From a virus, in IMG/VR virus record IMGVR_UViG_3300045988_170943, positions 288,001-352,000 of that record: a DNA stretch of 64,000 nucleotides; one strand, given 5' to 3'. The notes below the pieces were generated by a model, which worked only from the letters and a program-made list of their open reading frames with translations, was not told the origin of the DNA and searched no databases. A program made the translations under genes and the position numbers. Shown here in pieces: positions 29,021 through 40,410 of this stretch (position 1 is the stretch's first letter; every line of letters starts with the position of its first letter).

Positions 29021-29980
29021 ATGAGCGACATCCTGGATTCTATCGACGAACTTGATGACATTGAGGACGGCGACCTCGACGTTGAAGACACTCACCCTAT
29101 CTCCATTGTCACGGGAGTCAACGATGACGACGGTGATAACTACTTCAATGAAGATGATGATGAGGAGGAAGACCTCGCCGCCGAGATGAGCAGTATCCTG
29201 GACGCCGAGGACACTCAGGCATCAGAGATGGGGCAGGCTGAGGCACAGGAGATAACCAACGCCATCAAATCCGCCGCAACTGTCACCTATGCCCTACTCG
29301 CTAAGGCCCACGAAGGTAAGGCTCACCAGTCACTCGGGTACGACTCGTGGGGCGAGTACGTCAAGGCCGAGTTCGAGATGAGTCCACAACGCTCATACCA
29401 GTTGCTTGACCTGTCTAAGGCCGTCAAGATGATCGAGGCCGCCGCACCAGAAGGCACCCATATCAAACTCACAGAGGCCCAGGCCAGAGACCTGAAGCGT
29501 GAATTACCTCGAATCACTGAACGCATCCATGAAGAGACCACCGGCAAGACCCCGGAAGAGTCACGAGAGATCATCGACGACATCGTTCGTGAGGAACGTG
29601 AGGAGAAGATCCAGAAGCGAGCCGAGGACAAGGCCCACAAGAGCCGAGAACAGGAAATGGACGAGGCCCGCGACGAAGGCTATCGTGCAGGCCTGGAGTC
29701 CGCCGCTGACGCCATCCTAGAGGCCGACGCAGAAAGGCAGGCTGTCAACGAGCCAGACGGTGGGCTCATGGACGTGGAGGTCGAAGGGGACATCAATCAG
29801 GCTGGCCGTGCAGAATACATGAAATTAGTTCAGGCGCTCGTCATGAACAGCAATATGGGTGACCCACAGGACATTGTTGACGCCATCCCGGAGAACAACT
29901 TTGAGGACATCTACGACCGGGTGATAGACACTGCTGGCCTATGGAACCGTATCGCCAACTACATGGACCTCAGGCGTTAA
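29021..29980 (+). CDS. acidic protein with HTH-like segment (GYDSWGEYVKAEF...SYQLLDLSKAV)
   Basis: RBS ggcaggagaaaggcacacaaATG; extremely acidic N-terminus. Confidence 0.55.
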   Translation: MSDILDSIDELDDIEDGDLDVEDTHPISIVTGVNDDDGDNYFNEDDDEEEDLAAEMSSILDAEDTQASEMGQAEAQEITNAIKSAATVTYALLAKAHEGKAHQSLGYDSWGEYVKAEFEMSPQRSYQLLDLSKAVKMIEAAAPEGTHIKLTEAQARDLKRELPRITERIHEETTGKTPEESREIIDDIVREEREEKIQKRAEDKAHKSREQEMDEARDEGYRAGLESAADAILEADAERQAVNEPDGGLMDVEVEGDINQAGRAEYMKLVQALVMNSNMGDPQDIVDAIPENNFEDIYDRVIDTAGLWNRIANYMDLRR

Positions 29981-30087
29981 AGGAGCACCAGGTCCCTGAA
30001 ACAGCCCTCAGTGCGGTGGCAGCAAGCGTCGGTAATATGTGCTCAGGAAACACCCAACCACGAGCCCTATTCTGACGGAGAGCGCCA

Positions 30088-32028
30088 ATGGATAACACAA
30101 CACCCGAAACAGCGGACACGACCTCACAGGTTGGTCCGCTGTTTACTCTCATCCAGGACTCCTCCAACTACCAGCCGGTACCCCACGAAACTCTCCCAGA
30201 GGTCATCCAGGACACTATTGGTCGCACCATGGTAGCCTTGTGCAATTCTGAGCGCGGCCGGGTCATGGTCATTGGGGATGTCAGGTCAGGTAAGACATTT
30301 TTCGTCAATCATCTTGCTCAGGCCGTCAGCGACTTCACCACGGAGAAGGAATACGCGCCTGTCTACTTCATCCGGGTTAATGAGAAGGCGCTCCCGGCCA
30401 TGATGTCTGAGGACGGCACAGTCAGCATGAGCGCCATCATTGATCATGTATGTGACGCCCTGAAGTGTGCGGATAGCCAGGTGTGCGTCGTCACCGAAAA
30501 TCCGTCTATGGCGGCGGTCCTCCAGCAGAACACCACCGATGTGAAGGTCATCCTGGAGGCGGTCACTGACACCCTGTTTAGTGACGAGGCAGAGACCGCG
30601 AAGTCGTTCATGTCGTGGGATGCTGCTGACACAGCGGACATGTTACTGACCGCAAAGGAGACAAGCCTGCTGGTTAAGGCGGCGTTCTGGGGTAAGGCCA
30701 TCGACATGTACCCGACAGACGAGGTTGATGACACTATCATCGACAGCCTCATTCGTCGTATCGTGCGCAATGACGCCATGATCCAGAAGGACGGGAAGCG
30801 GAAAGTCCTGAACGTGCCGTTCGGGCAGTGGGGAGACATTCTCACTGACGTTACTGGCACCGTAGTCATGTCCAAATCGAAGCGCATCCGTGAAGCCGAT
30901 GGCAGTATCTCCGTCAAGGGGCTCACTAAGTACATCATCAAGCAGAACCGTGACATCCTTGAGAACAGTGAGGACGAGGGACTGGTCGCGCTCGCTGCAC
31001 TCTTTGGTGGCGACACCGACAGCAGTCAAGACGTGAAGAAGAGAAAGAAGCGCAAGCCACTGAAGTTCAACAGCCTCAAAAACCTCAAGACAGCCCTCTC
31101 TGGCAGCATCATCGGGCAGGAGAAGGCGCTGGATGCGATCACCCGACAGGTCACAGTACCCATGTCTGGAATGTCCCGCGAAGGTAAGCCGTTGCGGTCT
31201 CTCATGTTCTGTGGCCCTACCGGCACGGGGAAGACTGAGACCGCTAAGGTTATCGCCAAGCATCTCCTGAAGAAGGGGGAGATGAACCTTGTGCGCATCG
31301 ACATGTCTGAGTTCGCTGAGAAGCACGAGTACACGAAACTGCTCGGCGCACCCCCAGGGTACGTGGGGTATGAGACCGGCGGGGTCCTTACCCGTGCGGT
31401 GGCAGCGAACCCTCGGTCTGTAGTTCTCCTGGACGAGGTAGAGAAGGCCCACCCGGACATCTGGAACCAGTTCCTCCAGATCCTTGACGCCGGGCGCATG
31501 ACAGACAGTAACGGGCAGGTCGTAGACTTCACACAGACAATAATCATCATGACCTCCAACCTTGGTGCCGCCGAGATGTCCCGCACCAGAGCAGGCTTCG
31601 TCACCATGGACTCGGGTCAGGCATACACGGATCGGGAGCGGAACGCCACTAACGCAGTTATGAGGTCTGTGGAGAAGACCATGCTCCCGGAACTCATCAA
31701 CCGGATAGACGAGATCATCGTGTTCAGCGAAATCCGACCTGAGGCAGCCCGCGAGATCGCCGTGAAGGAGATCAAGAGAATCCGGGACACCCACAGCACT
31801 AGCGTCCGCACCATTATGGACGCACCCCATGATATTGTCGATGAAATCTTAAAAAAGTCGAACATCAGCAAGTATGGGGTCCGCGAGATTCAGAGAACCG
31901 TTGAGAAGATGATCGTGAACCCACTCGCTACGGCTATCGCAACCCACCCTGACGGCAACACATTCACGTTTGAGATGTCTCAGGACGGTCAGGTCATTGT
32001 TCGCGCCGCCACCGAAGAAAGCGACTAA
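30088..32028 (+). CDS. ClpA/ClpB-like AAA+ ATPase (intact D2, degenerate D1)
   Basis: C-terminal half LMFCGPTGTGKTETAK...VVLLDEVEKAHPD...IIIMTSNLGA is a canonical Clp D2; N-terminal GDVRSGKTFFVNHLAQ is a diverged Walker A. Confidence 0.7.
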   Translation: MDNTTPETADTTSQVGPLFTLIQDSSNYQPVPHETLPEVIQDTIGRTMVALCNSERGRVMVIGDVRSGKTFFVNHLAQAVSDFTTEKEYAPVYFIRVNEKALPAMMSEDGTVSMSAIIDHVCDALKCADSQVCVVTENPSMAAVLQQNTTDVKVILEAVTDTLFSDEAETAKSFMSWDAADTADMLLTAKETSLLVKAAFWGKAIDMYPTDEVDDTIIDSLIRRIVRNDAMIQKDGKRKVLNVPFGQWGDILTDVTGTVVMSKSKRIREADGSISVKGLTKYIIKQNRDILENSEDEGLVALAALFGGDTDSSQDVKKRKKRKPLKFNSLKNLKTALSGSIIGQEKALDAITRQVTVPMSGMSREGKPLRSLMFCGPTGTGKTETAKVIAKHLLKKGEMNLVRIDMSEFAEKHEYTKLLGAPPGYVGYETGGVLTRAVAANPRSVVLLDEVEKAHPDIWNQFLQILDAGRMTDSNGQVVDFTQTIIIMTSNLGAAEMSRTRAGFVTMDSGQAYTDRERNATNAVMRSVEKTMLPELINRIDEIIVFSEIRPEAAREIAVKEIKRIRDTHSTSVRTIMDAPHDIVDEILKKSNISKYGVREIQRTVEKMIVNPLATAIATHPDGNTFTFEMSQDGQVIVRAATEESD

Positions 32029-32031
32029 AAC

Positions 32032-32949
32032 ATGGCAATCACATTCACACAAAAAGACGAAGATCTTGACGACGCCTACCTGTCTAGCGCCCAGCAGGCG
32101 TCCTCCGACGGTGACGACGACTCCGTACTATACCAGACCCAGGAAGCGCCATCCCAACCCTACAACCTGGCACCGGTAGAGCCTCCTGTCGCCTCACAGA
32201 GCGCATACAGTCCTGAGTTGGCACCAGCGTACACCACACCAGCCGCAGAAGCAACATATGTTGACGCTACCGAGGGCGAGGGAGACTACTACCAAGACTA
32301 CGAGGCCAGCCAGTACCCCACCACCTACCAAGACCAAAGCACCTACACACAGCAGGGAGACACGTACCCCAGCAACGAGGCAGGGAGGTACGAGTACGAT
32401 ACCCCCGCAACCGTACCCCCAGCCCCCACACCAGAACCGGCCAGGACCTCACCCCCCGCACAGGTAGCCGCCCCGACAGGCCCAAGCCGCAAAGACATCA
32501 AGAAATACGACCAGCAGGTCGAATACACATACCGGATCATCAGGATGCTGGACGCATACCGCGGAATCGGCCTCGACGAAAAACGCGCAGTCGGCACAGT
32601 CATCTACGACAATGGCGACTTCAGTATGGACACCGAGACCGCTGAGGCTGATCTTATCGTCAGTATCCTCAACGCCGACGACATGGTGGGTATCACCCTC
32701 AAGAACCTCCGCGATGCCGCCGAAGAAAAGGATCGAGTGGCCCGCGTATTCATGATCCTGGAACTGCCCGACACCCAGTTGGCTGCACTCGGGGTAATGG
32801 CCGCCAGGTTCGTCCCAGAAGGCGTCACATACCAGTACAATGCGCGAGACCGCATCCGATACTCCCGCGAGGTCGAGCAGGCCATTGAAATGATCCCAGA
32901 CGTGCAGGTGTCCGACATGTCTGCTGTTGAATCCGTCATCAACGCCTAA
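32032..32949 (+). CDS. hypothetical protein (Q/Y/P-rich N-terminus)
   Basis: 305-aa ORF. Confidence 0.5.
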   Translation: MAITFTQKDEDLDDAYLSSAQQASSDGDDDSVLYQTQEAPSQPYNLAPVEPPVASQSAYSPELAPAYTTPAAEATYVDATEGEGDYYQDYEASQYPTTYQDQSTYTQQGDTYPSNEAGRYEYDTPATVPPAPTPEPARTSPPAQVAAPTGPSRKDIKKYDQQVEYTYRIIRMLDAYRGIGLDEKRAVGTVIYDNGDFSMDTETAEADLIVSILNADDMVGITLKNLRDAAEEKDRVARVFMILELPDTQLAALGVMAARFVPEGVTYQYNARDRIRYSREVEQAIEMIPDVQVSDMSAVESVINA

Positions 32950-33006
32950 TCCGACCGGATTGAACCACAAAGACACCCCACTTATCAACCCAGTAGTTTC
33001 GGTAGA

Positions 33007-35727
33007 ATGCGCCATATGACGGCTATCGACTTTGGGATCACAGACTCGGCCGCAACCCCCAAAAAGGAGGAGGCGGCCGAGTCGTTTCCGGTGCCATCAG
33101 ACAATGAGGTCATCGTCAAGACTGACGGCGAAAACATTGACCTATACAGTCGCCACAGTCTCGAAAACACAGACACCGCCAACAACCTGAAACCATTCCG
33201 CCGCATCGTAACCACCAGGGGTGTCAACCACTACCGGACCAGGCTCACTGAAGCGAACGCATTCACCCTCCGATACGGGCTTACTCGACTGGGGAAGCCG
33301 GTCCTGGATGAAGACACAAAACAGGCACTCAAGGGCAAAGCCGACACTGCACCTATGCCATACGCGACCCTGGACGCATCCGGCACCAAAGTCGTTGTCA
33401 CTATCCCACCAGTCCCGCACTACCTGGACATGATTGTCGGCACCATCAACGCCACATTCAAGGACGGTAAACGAGTATTCCCCATCTCCAGGCTACTTAA
33501 CCTCCAGGCCCTCCAAGATAACTATGATGGGCCTCTACCGCCTATCATCCTCAATGATGAGGTCGAACAGATCAACTCCGCCCCCATCCCCGGCTACGAC
33601 GGCACAGTCGAGTCTCTGAGAACCATACCCATCACCGTCCTCAACATTGTCCAGGCTGACATCCAGTCCGGTAAGGAGCGAGGCAAGTCCCGCAAGACAT
33701 TCGCCGAGAAGATGACAAAACTCGGGATCGAGACCCTACACGACCTCCTGTTCTGGGTGCCGCTACGTCACATCTCCAGGCGACACGACCAGGACCTCAC
33801 CGGCATCGTCGAAGGTGAAACAGTCACCATCCTCGGACGTATTCAGTCCATAACACCACTCAACGGGAAAGTCCCCGGAACCAGATTCACTATCACCACA
33901 GACACCGGCCAGGAACTCAAAGCCACCTACTTCAACCAGGCATGGCTCGCCCGAAAATTCAAGGTCGGTGACGAAGTAGTAGCCTCCGGCAAGTGGAAGC
34001 CTTGGAAAGGCACCCCACAGATCAACGGCTCCACCATGGACGCATCCAAGGAGGCGGAGATGATGCCAATCGTCCCCGTCTACCGACAACTACCCAGTAT
34101 CGGACTCACTAGCAGACTCATCCTGTCCGCCGTGAGAGAGATGCTTTCCAGACTCCCCCGGATCGATCCACCAAAGTACCTACAAGGCATACAGGTAGAC
34201 GGCAACAGCACCAGTTACCATGATGCTGTCACAGCCATGCACTTCTGTGAGGACGAGGACCAGTACGATGAGGCCACCGGACTGCTCGCACTCATCGAAG
34301 TCATCTACATGCAACTACTGATCCTCTCCAGCCAGGAAACCAACGCCAGTAAGCGCGCAGTCACCATCACCAGCGGTAGGGGCGGACTCCAGGCCGATGC
34401 CATTAAGGCACTACCATTCAACCTGACCAACGGGCAGAAGAAAGCCCTCGTCAGAATGAACCGGAAGATGGAGTCCACCACACCATCCTCCACCCTACTG
34501 AGCGCAGATGTCGGAGCCGGGAAAACAGTTGTCGCACAAATGACGGCAATGCGAGCCGTCGGCGCGGGAAAGCAGGCCGTCATGCTCGCCCCCACCGATG
34601 TGCTCGCCCGCCAACTGTATGAGTCCACCCTCAACGTCACCAGCAGGCTCAAAGAAAAGACCGGCCAAGACATTGAGGTCACCCTGTTCTCAGGCAGCAT
34701 GAAAGCCGCCCAGAAACGTGAGGCAAAGAAAACCATTGCGGACGGCACCTCACAGATCATCATCGGCACCCACGCCCTCCTATCCAATGATGTCGAGTAC
34801 CACGACTTGGGGTTCATCGCCGTTGATGAGCAGCAAAAGTTCGGTGTAGAACAACGAGAGCGCCTACTGAACTCCCGCTCAGACGGACTGATCCCCCACC
34901 TTATGACTATGACCGCCACCCCCATCCCCCGCAGTACCGCACAAGTGTTCTATGGGGGCATGGATCTCATCGAGTTGAAGGACAAGCCGCCCGGCCGCCT
35001 ACCCATCATCACTCAATGGATCCAGGAGAACCCCATCACCTTCAGTGAGCAGTCCATCAACCCTGTATGGGCTGACATCATCAACGAGGCCCACAAAGGC
35101 AATCAGACATTCGTTATCACCCCACTAGTCAGTGAGTCCAGCAAGGTAGATGCCGCCAGCGTAGACGCCACCACCAAGAACCTCACCAGCCTTCCCCTGT
35201 CTGGTCTCAAGGTAGGGAAAGTTCATGGACAGATGAAGCCCGACGAGCAGCGCAACATCATGCAACAGTTCCGAGACAAGAAGTTCGACGTCCTTGTCGC
35301 ATCCACAGTCGTCGAGGTCGGGGTGGACATCCCAGACGCAACCAGGGTCGTCATCCTGTCCGCAGAACGCCTTGGGGCCGCCTCTCTCCACCAAATCCGG
35401 GGCAGAGTAGGCAGAAACAGCAAACAGTCACGATGCTACCTCATCTCTGAAGGAACCACCAGCAGTGCACAGGCACGCATGAATGCGCTCGTTGACTCCA
35501 ACGATGGGTTCAAGATCGCCCAGAGTGACCTCGGACAGCGCGGTGAAGGGCGCATCTTCGGTACCCAGCAGTCCGGCAACACTGGCATGCTGTTCGCATC
35601 CGTTCTCGGCAGCATGGACAAGATCAGCCAGGCCCAAAAGGTAGCCAGAGATATTTTGGCGTCAGACAGCAGAGGACAAGCGCTAGCGGACGCCCACGCA
35701 TACTTCCACACTGACGAAGGAAAGTAG
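33007..35727 (+). CDS. recG: ATP-dependent DNA helicase RecG with N-terminal extension
   Basis: wedge/OB KFKVGDEVVASGKWKPWKG; helicase motifs GAGKTVVAQ, IIGTHALL, VDEQQKFG, MTATPIPR; 906 aa, longer than typical. Confidence 0.8.
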   Translation: MRHMTAIDFGITDSAATPKKEEAAESFPVPSDNEVIVKTDGENIDLYSRHSLENTDTANNLKPFRRIVTTRGVNHYRTRLTEANAFTLRYGLTRLGKPVLDEDTKQALKGKADTAPMPYATLDASGTKVVVTIPPVPHYLDMIVGTINATFKDGKRVFPISRLLNLQALQDNYDGPLPPIILNDEVEQINSAPIPGYDGTVESLRTIPITVLNIVQADIQSGKERGKSRKTFAEKMTKLGIETLHDLLFWVPLRHISRRHDQDLTGIVEGETVTILGRIQSITPLNGKVPGTRFTITTDTGQELKATYFNQAWLARKFKVGDEVVASGKWKPWKGTPQINGSTMDASKEAEMMPIVPVYRQLPSIGLTSRLILSAVREMLSRLPRIDPPKYLQGIQVDGNSTSYHDAVTAMHFCEDEDQYDEATGLLALIEVIYMQLLILSSQETNASKRAVTITSGRGGLQADAIKALPFNLTNGQKKALVRMNRKMESTTPSSTLLSADVGAGKTVVAQMTAMRAVGAGKQAVMLAPTDVLARQLYESTLNVTSRLKEKTGQDIEVTLFSGSMKAAQKREAKKTIADGTSQIIIGTHALLSNDVEYHDLGFIAVDEQQKFGVEQRERLLNSRSDGLIPHLMTMTATPIPRSTAQVFYGGMDLIELKDKPPGRLPIITQWIQENPITFSEQSINPVWADIINEAHKGNQTFVITPLVSESSKVDAASVDATTKNLTSLPLSGLKVGKVHGQMKPDEQRNIMQQFRDKKFDVLVASTVVEVGVDIPDATRVVILSAERLGAASLHQIRGRVGRNSKQSRCYLISEGTTSSAQARMNALVDSNDGFKIAQSDLGQRGEGRIFGTQQSGNTGMLFASVLGSMDKISQAQKVARDILASDSRGQALADAHAYFHTDEGK

Positions 35728-36339
35728 ATGACACTACTTGTTGAATGGCTGACTAGGCTCCGTAAGGAGTACAACACCAACCCCATGCGCCTCCTATGGT
35801 GGATCCTTGGCGTGATCGCAGCAACCACCCTTGGCGGGGTACTCATGGACCTATTTCTACCCTATGGAGGATGGGGCAACATTGCCAGAAGTATCTGGCT
35901 TGCCCCCTCATCAGCCGCTCTGTTCGCCCTCATATATACGGTCGGCCTGTTCCTGCACAACTCGAAGGTGAGAACAGACCCCAACTGGGTGCCTTATCGG
36001 GCGCGGTACTCCCAAAGAACTAGAGTCCAGTACTCCATCATCGCTGGGGCGGTCATGTTCGTCACTGTCTACGCCACAGGCTATCGGGTAGGGTTTACGT
36101 TCATGTCCTCTCTGATCGCCGCCCTCCTCATCTGCTGCGTCGTTTTCTGTCGCTCCACCAGACAAGAACGCTACGATCAGGCAAACGGTGTACAGGACGC
36201 GCGAGACATCGCCACCCAGGTGTACATCTCTGAGAAAATCAGAAAGCATAATGAGCAAAAGCGACGCAAGAAAGCACTGAAAGCCAACCGGTCCAGGCGT
36301 TGGCCATTCCGTGGGACACTGGGCGACGAAGATATCTGA
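35728..36339 (+). CDS. membrane protein
   Basis: 4 hydrophobic helices; basic C-terminus. Confidence 0.5.
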   Translation: MTLLVEWLTRLRKEYNTNPMRLLWWILGVIAATTLGGVLMDLFLPYGGWGNIARSIWLAPSSAALFALIYTVGLFLHNSKVRTDPNWVPYRARYSQRTRVQYSIIAGAVMFVTVYATGYRVGFTFMSSLIAALLICCVVFCRSTRQERYDQANGVQDARDIATQVYISEKIRKHNEQKRRKKALKANRSRRWPFRGTLGDEDI

Positions 36340-36378
36340 ACTTTGAGCGTATCCAGAACGTAAACACGTCTCCTGCTG

Positions 36379-36420
36379 AGCCGCCCCAGAGCCCGGATGA
36401 GTCTCTGGGGCGGCTTCCTT
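36379..36420 (+). terminator. rho-independent terminator
   Basis: agccgccccagag...ctctggggcggct then tcctt. Confidence 0.5.
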
Positions 36421-36635
36421 GTACCTGGATGCAGTGAGGGCACCCCGCCGCATAACAACTTCTCAGCACTCCAGCAGAAGTAACCAACCTGCCCCCTACA
36501 GGTAGTGACACACCCCACTTGGACGTGTTAGAATACACTCCACTAACCATAGGACCATAGAGTCAAACCCAGTCAGGTAGACAACACCACAGGGGCAAGA
36601 CTCCAGCACGAACACGGACAAAAGGACACACCGCC

Positions 36636-38816
36636 TTGACCGCAGAAGCAAACAACAACCTCGACTACGACGAGACCCCCCGCGAGCCCGCCCTCGACTA
36701 CCACGCCCTCAACGCTAAACTGAACCTCGTCGGAGACGACGGCAAACTTCAGTTAGACGCCGACCATGAGGCGGCCAGGCAGTTCTTCCTCCAGCACGTC
36801 AACCACAACACCGTATACTTTGACGACCTGGAAAAAAAGATAGACTATCTCATCACCAACCACTACTACGAACGCGAGTTCATCGAACAGTACGACTGGG
36901 CATTCGTCAAAGACCTGTACAAGCGAGCCTACTCCTACAAGTTCCGATTCCCCACCTTCATGGGCGCCTTCAAGTACTACTCCTCCTACACGCTCAAAAC
37001 CTTCGATGGCAAACGCTACCTGGAGCGATACGAAGACCGAGTAGTCGCCAACGCCCTCTACCTCGGGCGTGGAGACCAAGAACTAGCCACCAGCATTCTC
37101 GATGAGATCATGACTGGCCGCTACCAGCCCGCCACCCCCACCTTCCTTAACGCCGGGAAAGCACAACGTGGCGAACTAGTGTCGTGCTTCCTAACCAGGG
37201 TGGAAGACAACCTGGAATCCATCAGCCGTGCCATTACAAACGCCCTACAACTGTCCAAACGAGGCGGCGGAGTAGCCCTCCTACTCACCAACATTCGTGA
37301 AACCGGTGCACCCATCAAGCGCATCGAGAACCAGTCCAGCGGAATCGTGCCTGTCATGAAACTACTGGAGGACTCATTCTCCTATGCCAACCAGTTAGGT
37401 GCCCGCCAAGGAGCAGGAGCCGTCTACCTCAGCGCCCACCACCCCGACATCATGAAGTTCCTCGACACCAAGCGAGAGAACGCCGACGAGAAGATCCGCA
37501 TCAAGACCCTCTCTCTGGGTGTCGTTATCCCAGACATCACCTTCGAGTTGGCTAAGAACAACGACGACATGTACCTGTTCAGCCCCTATGATGTCGAACG
37601 AGTCTACGGCACACCCATGTCAGACATCTCGATCACCGAGAAGTACCGCGAGATGGTGGAGAACCCGGATATCAGGAAGACCAAGATCAAGGCCCGACGG
37701 CTCTTCCAGGTCATCGCAGAGATCTCAATGGAGTCAGGATACCCCTATCTTCTGTTCGAGGACACCGCTACCAAGGCGAACCCTCTAAACGGGCGCATCA
37801 ACATGTCCAACCTCTGTAGCGAGATACTTCAGGTAAATGAGGCATCCGAGTACCATCCTAATGGTTCTTACAGTCACGTTGGCAAGGATATCTCCTGCAA
37901 CCTAGGCAGTCTGAACATCGCCAAGACGTTCGACAGCCCAGACTTCGCCAAAACCATCGAAACCGGAATCCGGGCACTCACATCCGTCAGTGACCTATCC
38001 AACATCGATGCTGTACCATCAGTTGAAAACGGAAACCACAGCACCCACAGCATTGGACTCGGAATGATGAACCTACACGGGTTCCTCGCACGCGAACATA
38101 TCCACTATGACTCTCCTGAGGCGGTAGAGTTCGCCGGACTGTTCGCATATGCATTCAACTACTGGTCTATTGTCGCATCAAACAAGATCGCAAAAGAAAC
38201 AGGACAGGTATTTGACGGGTTCGACACCAGCGAATACGCTAACGGCACCTATTTCAATAAATACATTGAGAAGAACTGGAGACACACCACCTCACCCAAA
38301 ATCTCGGCACTGCTAGGAAGAAGTAGCATCTACTTGCCTACACAAGCCGACTGGGAGAAATTAAAGAATGACGTGATGGAGAATGGACTATATAATGGGT
38401 ATCGCCTATGCATCCCCCCAACGGGGAGCATCAGTTACCTGAATTATTCCACCGCATCAATTCACCCAATCATCTCTCCAATTGAAATTAGAAAGGAAGG
38501 AAAGTTGGGTCGAGTTTATGCCCCAGCACCCTATCTTTCTGATGACACTCTGCCTTTCTATCGTGATGCGTACAAGATTGGCCCTGAGGCAATCATCGAC
38601 ATCTATGCGGCCATGACCCCACACATCGACCAGGGTTTGAGCCTCACATTGTTCTGGCCGGACACTGCAACCACGCGAGACATGAACAAGGCGTACATCT
38701 ATGCATGGCGCAAGGGGATCAAGACAATCTACTATGCCCGCATCCGCCAACTGGCTCTTGAAGGCACTCAGGTAGAGGGTACTGCCGCCGGGTACTGCGA
38801 GTCCTGCCAGTTGTGA
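36636..38816 (+). CDS. nrdE: ribonucleoside-diphosphate reductase alpha subunit (class Ib NrdE-like)
   Basis: [34 protein letters not shown], catalytic NxCSEI, C-terminal CESC; TTG start. Confidence 0.85.
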   Translation: MTAEANNNLDYDETPREPALDYHALNAKLNLVGDDGKLQLDADHEAARQFFLQHVNHNTVYFDDLEKKIDYLITNHYYEREFIEQYDWAFVKDLYKRAYSYKFRFPTFMGAFKYYSSYTLKTFDGKRYLERYEDRVVANALYLGRGDQELATSILDEIMTGRYQPATPTFLNAGKAQRGELVSCFLTRVEDNLESISRAITNALQLSKRGGGVALLLTNIRETGAPIKRIENQSSGIVPVMKLLEDSFSYANQLGARQGAGAVYLSAHHPDIMKFLDTKRENADEKIRIKTLSLGVVIPDITFELAKNNDDMYLFSPYDVERVYGTPMSDISITEKYREMVENPDIRKTKIKARRLFQVIAEISMESGYPYLLFEDTATKANPLNGRINMSNLCSEILQVNEASEYHPNGSYSHVGKDISCNLGSLNIAKTFDSPDFAKTIETGIRALTSVSDLSNIDAVPSVENGNHSTHSIGLGMMNLHGFLAREHIHYDSPEAVEFAGLFAYAFNYWSIVASNKIAKETGQVFDGFDTSEYANGTYFNKYIEKNWRHTTSPKISALLGRSSIYLPTQADWEKLKNDVMENGLYNGYRLCIPPTGSISYLNYSTASIHPIISPIEIRKEGKLGRVYAPAPYLSDDTLPFYRDAYKIGPEAIIDIYAAMTPHIDQGLSLTLFWPDTATTRDMNKAYIYAWRKGIKTIYYARIRQLALEGTQVEGTAAGYCESCQL

Positions 38817-38843
38817 TGCTGACACAATGTCGGTAGGTATCTG

Positions 38844-38897
38844 AACTCGAACCGCGCCCTCATCTTGCACATGCAGGGCGCGGTTCGAGTTTCGTTA
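38844..38897 (+). terminator. rho-independent terminator
   Basis: 18-bp GC-rich stem gaactcgaaccgcgccct / agggcgcggttcgagtt followed by T-rich tract. Confidence 0.7.
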
Positions 38898-39085
38898 CAA
38901 TCCTCCCGTTTTCTCGCGTTGAGTTAAGAAGTGAGGGTAATGTGTTGGGTGCTACGATGTTGTTTCAGTTCGACGATGATGGGGCGCTGGCGGCGTTGAG
39001 TACTGGGTCGTCGTCTGGCTGGGTATGATGAGTGCAGGTATCAACGTCTGTTGACCGATGTAGACCTTCTGAAAGGGGATGTGAG

Positions 39086-39661
39086 ATGTCTGAGAGCGTG
39101 GTTACTCCTAACATACCATCCTCTGGTTGTGGCTCGGGCGTGTCTGCAAGTCAGGACCTACCAGCGCCTCGTCAGGATGTTAGGGTTCAGGGCTCTCCAA
39201 GCGATCAATTGGGTTATGGTGGCGACAGACAGGTGCCCACCCCTGGGTCTCCCCCTAACTTCACTATTCCAACTCTGAAGGGTTGGTCGGCCGAGAAATT
39301 CTACAACTACCACGAGCAGGTTATTGACTATGAAGACCTGAAGCGTCTGAATGAGTCAATCAATGAGGCTCGTATGGGCCTGTTTCGGGTGACTGACACG
39401 ATCAATTACTATGATCGTGAGGAGCGTCGCCTGAAGGTGATCTATGATCGTGCGTGGCGTCGCGCCTATATTGAATCCAATGGGCGCACTGACAAGGAGC
39501 GCCAGTATCGTGCAGACATGGTGTGCGAGTCCATGGAAGACGACTGGATCGTGGCGTCACAGTTGAAGGCGGAACTGATTAAGGTATCTCAAACGATCCG
39601 CATGGAGTTAGAGACTTTACAGTCGATTGGAAACAATCTCCGCCAGCAGATGAAGATGTGA
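39086..39661 (+). CDS. hypothetical protein
   Basis: ORF with RBS gaaaggggatgtgagATG. Confidence 0.5.
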   Translation: MSESVVTPNIPSSGCGSGVSASQDLPAPRQDVRVQGSPSDQLGYGGDRQVPTPGSPPNFTIPTLKGWSAEKFYNYHEQVIDYEDLKRLNESINEARMGLFRVTDTINYYDREERRLKVIYDRAWRRAYIESNGRTDKERQYRADMVCESMEDDWIVASQLKAELIKVSQTIRMELETLQSIGNNLRQQMKM

Positions 39662-39673
39662 GTAGGTGCGGTT

Positions 39674-40306
39674 TTGTCTGGTAGTGGTTCTAGTGCAGTG
39701 ACGCCTGGGCGGGCACGTAAGCGTAGCCGTGGGCTGGATGCTGCGACTTGGGGCGTGGTTCGACGTGCCCTGGTTATTGTTGGTGCTACTGTGGCTGCGG
39801 TAACTGCTGTGTCCTTGATCCTTCTGGCGGCCGTCCCGGCTTTTGGTGTGTCGGTGTGGACTGTTCTGGGATCGTCGATGGAACCCACCCTGGATGATGG
39901 GTCCATAGTGGCTGTCCGCAACAGTGACAGGCCGATCCAGCACGGCGAGATCGTGGTGGTTGGCAAACCGGAGTCCTGGTATCGTGAGGGGAAGGACGCA
40001 TCTAGTCACCGCGACGTACTGGTGAAGCGAGTGGCGGCTGTCCCTGGTGATACCTTGGAGGTCGTGGGTGGTGAGATCCTGGTGAATGGCGCGGTGATCT
40101 ACTCCTTGAAGGAGTCAGGGTACCCATGTCCGGCTGTGACTGGTGACTACAGGCACACGTTGGGGGACAGTGAAGTGATGGTGCTGGGTGACAATGCGTT
40201 CTTTTCTCTGGACTCACGTAAGGTGATGTGCACGATGGGCACTGGCGGCATGTTCGTGGATGCGAGGCAGGTTCGGGCTCACGGTAGGATCCTAGCGAGC
40301 ACCTGA
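39674..40306 (+). CDS. type I signal peptidase (S26 family)
   Basis: TM helix then GSSMEPTL (Ser box) and VKRVAAVPGDTL (Lys box); TTG start. Confidence 0.7.
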   Translation: MSGSGSSAVTPGRARKRSRGLDAATWGVVRRALVIVGATVAAVTAVSLILLAAVPAFGVSVWTVLGSSMEPTLDDGSIVAVRNSDRPIQHGEIVVVGKPESWYREGKDASSHRDVLVKRVAAVPGDTLEVVGGEILVNGAVIYSLKESGYPCPAVTGDYRHTLGDSEVMVLGDNAFFSLDSRKVMCTMGTGGMFVDARQVRAHGRILAST

Positions 40307-40410
40307 CGCTCCCCTGAACTCGCCTGCCCTACTTGTTCACGCACTTAGGTAGATGGGAAGTGTAGGGCCGGAGGCGACACTGGGACGGACGACTACAGGA
40401 GGGGCACTAT

